From Nitrosopumilus sp. (GTDB lineage Archaea; Thermoproteota; Nitrososphaeria; Nitrososphaerales; Nitrosopumilaceae), in assembly GCA_965218695.1 (NCBI GenBank), contig OZ244651.1:2080001-2144000 (forward strand): a stretch of DNA of 64,000 bases, given 5' to 3'. Below are positions 40,775 to 49,669 of this stretch, in pieces (the first letter of the stretch is position 1; each line of letters starts with the position of its first letter). A program made the translations under genes and the position numbers. The notes beneath the pieces were generated by a model. The model worked only from the letters and a program-made list of their open reading frames with translations. It had not been told where the DNA came from and did not search any database.

Positions 40775-41990
40775 GTAAGCGTTCACGTCCCCCCCTCCTT
40801 GACACTGCACCCACTCCATGCCAATCATCCTAATGCACAGGCATCAAACAACACAAACCAATGAATGAATTTTTTCCAAATCTGTGCTTAAAATGACAAC
40901 GCATGATTCAGTAAACGATGAATCCACATGAAACATGCGCGTCAATATCCATGCACGGAATCAATATTTAAAAAAACCGATCCGGCATCCACGGGATGCC
41001 ACGGGCAGGTGTCCCTTTAGGCATGACCCCCCCAAAATCTGAAAAACTGATCCTGCAGGCGGAACTGCGCCGCGCATGGGGAGTGGTGGATTGTCTGATC
41101 GGGGTGGCCGTTTGTGGCAGACATGTACCGTGGAGGCAACGCCTTTGGGGGAGAGTTCCAGTCGTGCTTTGTGCACGTGAACCGCAAGAGCGAGGGCCTG
41201 GCCATTCGTCACGGCACCGGCTCGTTTGAGTACGTCCTGTACGTCATGATGCGCCGCATATACCATGACGCCAAGGCAGCAGCTGCCAGGACGCTCGAGA
41301 TGGCCGGGGGACCGGCACGGTCTGCCTGCGACATCGGCACCGCCGTCAGGACCGTCCCGGGACTGGCAGAACACGTCGAGTCAAGCCGGTCGGCCCTGCT
41401 CAAGCGCCTCCAAAAGGTGGCCCATGCATACCGGAACGGCGCAGTCTCTGATGATGACAGCCGCAAGTTTGCAGACACGCTTGAAAACGCCATCCCGCAC
41501 CTCCTCACGTTCATCGGACATCCCGGGATGGAAGGCAGCACCAACGCCTGCGAGAGGACCATACGCGGGTATGTCGTAAGGCCGCGCAACATACAGCGCA
41601 TACTTCCGAACTGGCGCGCCGCAGACAACCTTGCCACGCTCCAGACGATCCACGCCACGTGCGCAAAACGCGGAATATTCTCAGGCGACGCGGTCACCGC
41701 ATGCGACTCGTGGAACATGTTCGAGGCCGGGACGCCGCCGCCGATATTTCAGAATCTCAAATAATCGCGCCACGACATCCCGCAGATCCTAGTCGTTGCC
41801 GCACCATCTTGGCAGGATGCGTTGCAGATCATGCCACAAAAAGCCCCAGGCCTGCCTGCAGGATGACATTGCCATGCATTTTCACACCGACGTGTCTTCT
41901 GGTGGATGCTTCCATGATGGAGTCAATCACATGCCCATGTATGACATCCCAACTAACGTGGAATTGGCAAGGGGGGAGGTGAACGCGTAC
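40775..41990 (+). mobile_element. Internally deleted IS66-like element
   Basis: IRs GTAAGCGTTCAC / GTGAACGCGTAC; 8-bp duplication TAAGTGCG at 40767-40774 and 41991-41998. Confidence 0.9.
41023..41764 (+). pseudogene. IS66-like transposase remnant (N-terminus fused out of frame to the C-terminal half)
   Basis: PKSEKLILQAELRRAWG joined to PFVADMYR...CFVH...TNACER; compare 52571..54289. Confidence 0.85.
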
Positions 41991-42054
41991 TAAGTGCGTA
42001 CCATGAGAATTCTACCATGATTTAAATATGGATCTGAACGAGCCTCAAACATCA

Positions 42055-42357
42055 ATGAAAACTATAGCCTTGTTACTTTTGGTAGCATCAGCGGTTTCAA
42101 TTCTGGGCTCTACCGGAGTTGCATTTGCACAAGACGATGCATCCAGCGGTGACTCTATGAAGCTTCTGGGTGCTGGTCTGGCCTTTGGTATCGCAGCCGG
42201 GGGAGCTGGAATAGGTCTTGGTCAGGTGGGTGCAGCAGGTCTTGCAGTCATCAGTGAGAATCCGGCACTGCAGTCCAAAGTATTCATCTTCGTAGGCATG
42301 GTTGAATCCATCGCAATCTACGGCATAGTCATGATGTTTATCATACTGGGACAATAG
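42055..42357 (+). CDS. atpK: A/V-type ATP synthase proteolipid subunit K/c
   Basis: Signal-like N-terminus, GAGLA-G-AG-G, SENP, catalytic E in MVESIAIYG. Confidence 0.95.
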   Translation: MKTIALLLLVASAVSILGSTGVAFAQDDASSGDSMKLLGAGLAFGIAAGGAGIGLGQVGAAGLAVISENPALQSKVFIFVGMVESIAIYGIVMMFIILGQ

Positions 42358-42393
42358 TTCTGACTAGATATTTTTCAACTCAAAATTTTTATC

Positions 42394-42855
42394 CTAATTA
42401 TATCTCAACTGGTCTATATCCAGTATTCTTGCACAGTACCTGCATCTGAGCACCCTGCCCTCCCTGTCCACCAGCTCCATGACGGATTCGATGTGTTCTT
42501 GGCTGTTTGTTATGCAGCCCGGATTCGGGCACTTGAAGATCCGCTCTATCTCGTTTGGAATGGCGACCCTTCTCTTCTCCATAAGCTTGTAGTTCCTTAT
42601 CATATTGATGGTGGCGCTAGGGGCGATCACTGCCAGCTTGTTTGTATCGTCATCCCTGAGGAACCTGTTCTCCACCTTGATAATGTCCTTCTTTCTGAAC
42701 TTGCCGCTTGGGACGTTGAGGGCGATGGTAATCAGACCTCCGTCCCCGTCGTTGAGCCCCAGCGCGTCAAGAACGCGAAGGCCCCTGCCTGCATCAATAT
42801 GGTCAATCACGGTCCCCTCACGGATTCGTCGAACCAGAAGCTCGGACTCTTCCAT
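42394..42855 (-). CDS. pyrI: Aspartate carbamoyltransferase regulatory chain
   Basis: GTVIDHI, KKDIIK, CPNPGCI, CRYC. Confidence 0.96.
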   Translation of the reverse strand: MEESELLVRRIREGTVIDHIDAGRGLRVLDALGLNDGDGGLITIALNVPSGKFRKKDIIKVENRFLRDDDTNKLAVIAPSATINMIRNYKLMEKRRVAIPNEIERIFKCPNPGCITNSQEHIESVMELVDREGRVLRCRYCARILDIDQLRYN

Positions 42856-42895
42856 AAAAATACTTGTATAGCCACTTGTATATATCATTGAGAAT

Positions 42896-43825
42896 ATGAA
42901 CGAGTTTTACGGGAAGGACATAATCTCAATCAAGGACTTTACCCGGGAGAAGCTTGAAGAGATCTTTGGCGCAACCGACCGACTGATGGAACTTGACCCG
43001 TCAGTCCGGAGCGAGATCTGCAGGGGCAAGACGCTTGGATACCTCTTTTATGAGCCCAGCACCAGAACCCGGCTGAGCTTTGAGGCGGCAATGGCATCGG
43101 TGGGCGGAAGCTCCATTGGAATATCTGATGCCTCCTCATCATCAATCCAGAAGGGCGAGAGTCTCTCTGATACAGTGCGGGTCACGTCGATCTATTCAGA
43201 CGTGCTGGTACTGCGGCACACCCTGGACGGCTCAAGCAGGTTTGCAGCCGAGATCTCCGAAAAGCCGGTAATCAACGCAGGCAGCGGAACCGAGGAACAT
43301 CCCACCCAGGCAATCCAGGATCTCTTTACGATTAAGAAGGAAAAGAGAAAGATCGACGGCCTCAGGATTGGGATAGCAGGCGATCTAAAGTACGGAAGGA
43401 CCGTATACTCCCTGCTGTACGGATTGAGAAACTATGATGTCGACGTGCACCTCTTCTCCCCGGAGTCCCTCAGGATACGGACCGACTCAGTCTATGAGAT
43501 TAAAAAGAAGATGGATTTTACCGAGTCCAACGACATCGAGGATCACATTGACGAGCTTGACGTCCTTTACGTGACAAGAATCCAGAAGGAGAGGTTTCCC
43601 GACGAGGAGGAGTACCGCAAGGTAAAGGGAAGCTACACGGTGGGACTTGACACTCTCAGGCAGATGAAGGATGATGCAGTCATAATGCACCCCCTTCCCC
43701 GAATCGATGAGATCTCCCCTGAGATTGATGCGACCAAAAACGCCAGATACTTTGAACAGGCCGAATACGGCATGCACATCCGCTCTGCCCTGCTGGGGCT
43801 GATCCTGAATCCGGACGGCTTCTGA
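42896..43825 (+). CDS. pyrB: Aspartate carbamoyltransferase catalytic chain
   Basis: EPSTRTR, HPTQ, GDLKYGRT, HPLPR. Confidence 0.97.
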   Translation: MNEFYGKDIISIKDFTREKLEEIFGATDRLMELDPSVRSEICRGKTLGYLFYEPSTRTRLSFEAAMASVGGSSIGISDASSSSIQKGESLSDTVRVTSIYSDVLVLRHTLDGSSRFAAEISEKPVINAGSGTEEHPTQAIQDLFTIKKEKRKIDGLRIGIAGDLKYGRTVYSLLYGLRNYDVDVHLFSPESLRIRTDSVYEIKKKMDFTESNDIEDHIDELDVLYVTRIQKERFPDEEEYRKVKGSYTVGLDTLRQMKDDAVIMHPLPRIDEISPEIDATKNARYFEQAEYGMHIRSALLGLILNPDGF

Positions 43826-43909
43826 TTCGGCATCAATAGACCTTATGGCGGGTGGGATTAACATGCGTACATAAGATCTAATATATCCTGATGCGTGCCA
43901 GTATGACTG

Positions 43910-44599
43910 TTGACAAAGACCATACCGATATTCCCGCTGGATCTGGTGCTGTTTCCAAGACAGAACCTTCCACTGCGCATATTCGAGCCCCGCTACAGGC
44001 AGCTGGTTGATGACTGCATGCTCGGGGACGGACAGTTTGGCGTATGCCTGACAGACAACACCCGTACCGTCAGTGGATGGGAATCTCCAAGATCCGTCGG
44101 AACCGTTGCCAAGATCACCGAATGCAAGGATGTCGGGCTTGACGGGGCACAGCTTCACATTGAGACTGTCGGCAGGAACCCGTTTAGGATCAGAAGAATA
44201 ATTCCTCCGTCGCTTCCCCGGCCTGCAGACTATGATCCGCAATCCCCAGAAGGAGTCTCAGGTATGCGCACGGATACAACCGACACCCCGTACATACGTG
44301 CAGAGGTGGAGATGATACCTGAGATCGACCAGGATATAACCCTGGGCAGATGGAACAGAATGGTTGATCTGTGGAAGCGCAAGGTTGCCGCAGAGGCACT
44401 GCCGCAAATAATCGAACCCCGCGCACTTGACCACCTTCTGAAGCAGTATTATCTTGTAACTGAGACCCCCACCATGGACTACGTCTATTCGCTGGCAGCC
44501 CTTGGCGCAGGGAGTCCGGACGAACTTCAGCCGATCCTGGAGGCTGCATCCGTAGACGATCTGATCGACAGGATCGAGGATCTGCTGACAATAAAATAG
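43910..44599 (+). CDS. LON substrate-binding (N-terminal) domain protein
   Basis: PIFPL-VLFP-LPLRIFEPRY. Confidence 0.88.
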   Translation: MTKTIPIFPLDLVLFPRQNLPLRIFEPRYRQLVDDCMLGDGQFGVCLTDNTRTVSGWESPRSVGTVAKITECKDVGLDGAQLHIETVGRNPFRIRRIIPPSLPRPADYDPQSPEGVSGMRTDTTDTPYIRAEVEMIPEIDQDITLGRWNRMVDLWKRKVAAEALPQIIEPRALDHLLKQYYLVTETPTMDYVYSLAALGAGSPDELQPILEAASVDDLIDRIEDLLTIK

Positions 44600-44601
44600 A
44601 T

Positions 44602-45993
44602 GTGATGGAGATGATGATGCCGCTACCGCTACCGCTGTTCAAATCATGTGTTGTTCTGGCAGCAGCCTGCATGGTTCTTGTTCCGGCAGGCGCATACGGA
44701 CACGGGCTGGACCTGGACCACATCCGCTCAATAGACGTGCAGGGAACGGACATAACCGTGTCAGTTGCAATGTCCCCCAATATCGGGCCAAGCGATGAGA
44801 GGCGACTCACACTTACGGCAACTGAGGATGACACAAGGGACAATGCCAGTAACGTAACCTTTCTGATCGGCATGTTTGACGGGGGCAAGATGCTGCTCAG
44901 GGACTACTTCTTTGCCCCTGACGGAGTCCTGCACATTGACATCGCACCCTCACAGGGCGAGCTTGAGATTCATGGGGAGCAGGATGATATTCTCAGGGCG
45001 TGGCACGGAACCGAATCAAACCCTGTCCTGATAACCGGTCCGATATTTGACTCGGGAGGCCTGTACACCTTTGAGATTGAACTGAGGACCATAGACGAGC
45101 CCACCAACATAATAGACGACTCCCAGACACACAATGCCGATCTGAGTATCGTGGACACGGCACTGCATGTGGTAGCCGATGCGCAGGGGAACGATGTTGA
45201 GTTTGGGACAAAGTCGTACTTTGATAGTGTGTCTGAATTCGGATACGATCCACAGACTGGCCAGGTCACCGTCAAGATGCCCTTTGACTGGAGTGAGAGC
45301 GTAATGTCGCACATTCCGGTCCTTCACGTGGAGGTCTCCTTTCCGGACGACTTTGAGGAGTTTGTCTCCCCAAGCTATACCGGAGTCGCAAACGGGATAG
45401 ATCTCTTCAAGGCATCAGTAATAATCGACGACTATACGGCAGACGATTCAAGGATAGTCCACCTAGTTTTGTTGCAGGATCATCTGAGGTTCCTAAAGAA
45501 CAATATGAAAAAGTCCGGCGAGCCGCTGCCTGACGCCATTACCTTTACCATTTCCTCCAACCAGAACCTGGCATTTCCACTTAGTGCCTACACCAAGAGC
45601 GAGGACTTTCTGGTGAACCTTTCATGGGAGCCGATAGAACCCGAGCCTGACGTCGCAACAACATTCGTCTTTACCATCCGGGAGAGTGCAACCGGCGAGC
45701 CGCTGAGAAATTCAGAGTACACCTTTGTGGTGGTTCAGAACGGCCAGGAGATACACCGGACATCCGGACTGGCCCAGATTGGCGGCCACTTTGAAAAGTT
45801 TACCTTCGGGGAGGGACAGACCGGCCCCACAATCATAAGATTTGAGAACATCCGGAATACGGGACAGGAGACCGAGTTTGGAATGGTGGTGGTTCCTGAG
45901 TTTGGCCCGGCCATCCTGCTTGTGCTGGCAGTCTCCATTGCAGGAGTTATCGTCGCATCCCGAAGGATTGGTTACGTTGCAGTGACCGGCTGA
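44602..45993 (+). CDS. Exported PEFG-CTERM surface protein (paralog family member 1)
   Basis: Signal peptide AYG|HG; C-terminal VPEFG, TM helix and RR. Confidence 0.85.
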   Translation: MMEMMMPLPLPLFKSCVVLAAACMVLVPAGAYGHGLDLDHIRSIDVQGTDITVSVAMSPNIGPSDERRLTLTATEDDTRDNASNVTFLIGMFDGGKMLLRDYFFAPDGVLHIDIAPSQGELEIHGEQDDILRAWHGTESNPVLITGPIFDSGGLYTFEIELRTIDEPTNIIDDSQTHNADLSIVDTALHVVADAQGNDVEFGTKSYFDSVSEFGYDPQTGQVTVKMPFDWSESVMSHIPVLHVEVSFPDDFEEFVSPSYTGVANGIDLFKASVIIDDYTADDSRIVHLVLLQDHLRFLKNNMKKSGEPLPDAITFTISSNQNLAFPLSAYTKSEDFLVNLSWEPIEPEPDVATTFVFTIRESATGEPLRNSEYTFVVVQNGQEIHRTSGLAQIGGHFEKFTFGEGQTGPTIIRFENIRNTGQETEFGMVVVPEFGPAILLVLAVSIAGVIVASRRIGYVAVTG

Positions 45994-46014
45994 TTATGCC
46001 ATCATCCTGCTGCA

Positions 46015-48825
46015 TCACGTGGGTTCATCTGCTGATGGGGCAGTCTCGGACTCTTGCTCGATCATGCCGTTGATCCTTCTCTTGTCGTGAACGGATTTTA
46101 CGTAGAACAGGGCAGACGCAATGATTCCTGCTGCTATTAGCGGCGAGGCGATCTCAGAGTATGCCAGGCTCGAATCTCCTGATGATGCCGCCTGCTCTGC
46201 TACCACCGGAACCTCCGTGATCTTTACGGTTCCAAGCTTGTTTGATTCCTGCTCTGCAAACCAGATGTTGGAATCCCCGTCTGCTGTCATAAACTGGATC
46301 CACGATGTCTCGCTGGGAATCGGAACCTCCAGAAGATCGTTGTTGTCAGGATCAAATACTGCTATCTTGTCAACCGTATGCAGCGCAAACCAGATGTTGT
46401 CGTATCGGTCCTGGGCCATTCCAAAGGGAAGTGACTCCGAGTCTGGAACGGGAACGCTCTCAAAGGTCTCCAGGACGGGGTCGAACCTGGTGATTGCAAG
46501 ACCCGTATGCTCTGTGATCCACAGGTTTCCCTCCCCGTCAAAGAGCATGGCCTCCGGACCCTTCAGAATACTGTCAGTTGGTATCTCTACTGCTCTGCCT
46601 GTTGCAGGATCCACGTATCCTATCTTGCCGGTGCCGGTGGTGCTGTACCACACCCTGCCTGACTGGTCCACTGCAAGCGCAAACGGCAGCGTCTCCCTTC
46701 CATCCAACACAATCTCCTCAAACACGCCGGACTCTGGCAGATACTTTACGATTCTGTCCTTGTTGATTACGGTCACCCAGATGTTGTCGTCCTGGTCTGA
46801 CTGGATGGAAAATAACACGTTCCTTGATATTGTGGGATCCAGGTGCGGAACCGATATCGTCGTGATGTTTCCGGTGCTGATATCGAGGTATCCTATCTGG
46901 TTTCCAGGACCGTCTGTAAACCAGACTCTTCCCATGTTGTCCAGTGTGATGAATATTGTGGCACCCCCCTCATACGAATGCGACGAGAACTCCTGCGTCT
47001 CCAGAGAAAACTGCCACAGCCGGGGGGCAGACGGATCGCTTATCCATATGGAACCCTGACCGTCATAGATTGGCTGCAGGGGCGTTGCTGCCTCGGGAAG
47101 ATCGTACTCGACTATCTCGACTCGGATGTCTGAGAGCCTGGGCTTTACAGACAGATCCAGTATGACTGACTCGCTTGCATTCTCCGTTCTCTGGGCGGTA
47201 ACCTCCATGAGCCACTCCCCGGAGAACCCCAGAGTCATCTCGCCCTGAAATCCGGTATCTCCTGTCTGCTCCATCGGAACCTCGATGGGGAAGATGTTTC
47301 TTGACGGGTTTGATATTTTTACCTTGATGCCGTCCAGATCGTCCAGCGGATTCCCGTCAAGATCCACTATGCTGACTGAGACCGTGTTTGTCCCGCTGGC
47401 GAATGGAAACATCTCAACTTCAAATCTTGCATTCTCCGTAAACTCTATGGTCTCATACCCGTAAATCGTCTGGCGTGCCTCCGTCCTCTGAATCTCCCCT
47501 GCAGGCAGCGTCCCGTTGGTCAACAGTGCCACTATTCCCAAAATGGCAAATCCCAGCACAATGTCTGTCTTGAGCATCTTTTTGATCTTCCTGTGTACTG
47601 TTGCTCTTCCTCCTCCGGACAGGATACTCCTCTCGGCTCCCCTCTGCACCTTGAACTGCATGTATCCTCCCATGCCTACCATGATTCCGGCAAGTACTAT
47701 CTTTAGGATGATCAGCTGCCCAAAGACGGATTCTGTAATCAACCCCACGTCGCTTTCGATGAGCCACATCAGAACCGGTCCGGTGACGATTACCACGCCG
47801 ACTGAGACGACAAACATCATTGAGAATCTTGGAATCATGGCCAGGCTCATGTGCTCCCGCTCCCTGTCTGCCAACTTGGATAATGCCGGAAGCAGGGTAA
47901 AGACGAGATAGAATATGCCTCCTATCCAGACTGCTGCCACCAGGTTGTGTACATAGTCCAGCGAAAGGCCGGCAATGCCGCCCAGAGACGAGCCGTGGCC
48001 TATCATGCTGGTAGTCGCAATCAGCGCCAGGGACGCTGCAAGAATTGGAACGTGTGCCCTTCCTGACAGCGTGGTTCTCCTGTTCATGGCAAACCATATG
48101 CCCAGAAGAATCACAGTCATGATCATTCTGGCAAGCCAGATGGTTCCGAAACTTGTCCCAATGACACTCAGCGGCGAGGCATCCAGCCTGACTGACTGGA
48201 CTATGATGATTAGAATGTCTGATATCAATACAAGTACAAGCCCCACCCCGGTGGTCAGCATGAACCTTCCGTGGTGAATCCCCTCCACTGCGCCCAGTCT
48301 GTCCCTGATTATTCTCTTGTTCTGCGTTCCCCATACCATGAGGGATGCGACTGTAGCACCCAGCACGATGGTCTGGCCTATGAGGCCTGGAAACTTGGCA
48401 GCAGCTCCTGCCACAAACACAATCTCTTCTGGTCCCTGTTGCTCCCGCAGCGAGGGGTCGACTATGACATCACCCACGGCAAACAGGAACGTGCCGGGCA
48501 CCAGATGTCCATCAATCTTGGATAGCACCTTGGTTGATGCAGTATAAATCCCGTCCTGAAGCGGCGGGGTAGTTACAATGAGTGACTCCTCGCCCTCGTA
48601 ATATTTCGTATCCCTGTTGTCGATCTGCTCCCCGTTGCCGTCAAAGACCTTTATCTCGCTAAAGTCAATATCCACCGCCTGCGAGAAGAGGACGATCACC
48701 TCCGTGGTGCCTACAGGCGCATTTGAGGACAGATCCGGAGTTGTCTGCTCTGTAAATGGGTGTCCCCATGCCATGGGAACCGACATTGAGAGGAGTACCA
48801 GCATGACAATCAGAGGCCGTTGCAT
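46015..48825 (-). CDS. CopC-CopD-YtkA-like-Vgb-type beta-propeller fusion (copper uptake)
   Basis: AWG|HPF, DGH CopC motif, H-W-GG CopD helices, repeated D-G-IWF blades, C-terminal TM. Confidence 0.88.
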   Translation of the reverse strand: MQRPLIVMLVLLSMSVPMAWGHPFTEQTTPDLSSNAPVGTTEVIVLFSQAVDIDFSEIKVFDGNGEQIDNRDTKYYEGEESLIVTTPPLQDGIYTASTKVLSKIDGHLVPGTFLFAVGDVIVDPSLREQQGPEEIVFVAGAAAKFPGLIGQTIVLGATVASLMVWGTQNKRIIRDRLGAVEGIHHGRFMLTTGVGLVLVLISDILIIIVQSVRLDASPLSVIGTSFGTIWLARMIMTVILLGIWFAMNRRTTLSGRAHVPILAASLALIATTSMIGHGSSLGGIAGLSLDYVHNLVAAVWIGGIFYLVFTLLPALSKLADREREHMSLAMIPRFSMMFVVSVGVVIVTGPVLMWLIESDVGLITESVFGQLIILKIVLAGIMVGMGGYMQFKVQRGAERSILSGGGRATVHRKIKKMLKTDIVLGFAILGIVALLTNGTLPAGEIQRTEARQTIYGYETIEFTENARFEVEMFPFASGTNTVSVSIVDLDGNPLDDLDGIKVKISNPSRNIFPIEVPMEQTGDTGFQGEMTLGFSGEWLMEVTAQRTENASESVILDLSVKPRLSDIRVEIVEYDLPEAATPLQPIYDGQGSIWISDPSAPRLWQFSLETQEFSSHSYEGGATIFITLDNMGRVWFTDGPGNQIGYLDISTGNITTISVPHLDPTISRNVLFSIQSDQDDNIWVTVINKDRIVKYLPESGVFEEIVLDGRETLPFALAVDQSGRVWYSTTGTGKIGYVDPATGRAVEIPTDSILKGPEAMLFDGEGNLWITEHTGLAITRFDPVLETFESVPVPDSESLPFGMAQDRYDNIWFALHTVDKIAVFDPDNNDLLEVPIPSETSWIQFMTADGDSNIWFAEQESNKLGTVKITEVPVVAEQAASSGDSSLAYSEIASPLIAAGIIASALFYVKSVHDKRRINGMIEQESETAPSADEPT

Positions 48826-48919
48826 TTGCTTTGTAGACTGTGACTGATAATTTAAACAGTATACTGGTTCTGGGAATGTACCAGTCCGCATAAGAATAAT
48901 AATATCGATCAATTAGACG

Positions 48920-49558
48920 ATGAACGTGAAGATACTGGTTCTGGGAATTGCTGCAATGTTCCTGATTGGGATGATGGGCACCGAGTCATATGCCCATACC
49001 ACCGTCCATGTTGGAGAGTATGAGATTGAGGCCGGATGGGGCATAGAGCCCCCAATCGTGGGAATCCGAAATGACATAGTCATAAAGGTGCTGGAACCCG
49101 GAGAGACCCCGGGCACGGTAAAGGGCGTCACCAACGTGTTTCGTGATGCCGGGGCGACAGTAACATTTGGAGGTGCATCCAAACCGCTTGACATCAGCTC
49201 TGACCCGCGACCAGGATACTACTTTTCACCCATAATCCCAACCAAGACCGGCGGCCCGTATTCGGTGTCGATTCAGGGTGAGATTAACGGAACCCCGATC
49301 GATGTCAAGATTCCAATCGAGGACATGGAGCCTACCGGAATTCTGGATTTTCCTCCAACCAGCGGTGGGGACTCTGTGGATGTCAGTGCCATGAAGAATG
49401 CAATCTCGTCAATACAGCAGGATATCTCTGATCTGAAATCCGGCCAGACCGACATTCCCTCAGATGGCGGGGCGGCATACGACTATGCAGTGTTTGGAAT
49501 GTCAATTGCGGTGGCAGCCATTGTGTTGGCAATTGTTGCCATGATAAAAAGAAAATAA
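48920..49558 (+). CDS. Exported protein with C-terminal TM anchor
   Basis: Signal SYA|HT, GW-EPP, coiled segment, TM followed by KRK. Confidence 0.85.
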   Translation: MNVKILVLGIAAMFLIGMMGTESYAHTTVHVGEYEIEAGWGIEPPIVGIRNDIVIKVLEPGETPGTVKGVTNVFRDAGATVTFGGASKPLDISSDPRPGYYFSPIIPTKTGGPYSVSIQGEINGTPIDVKIPIEDMEPTGILDFPPTSGGDSVDVSAMKNAISSIQQDISDLKSGQTDIPSDGGAAYDYAVFGMSIAVAAIVLAIVAMIKRK

Positions 49559-49669
49559 GATATTTCCAAGTATTGGACTCTTGCAGTGGTTATGATGGTG
49601 CCTGTGATCATGACATCTATGCACTTGGCAATCCTTGTCATAATAAAAAGAAAATAAGAAAGAGAATTC

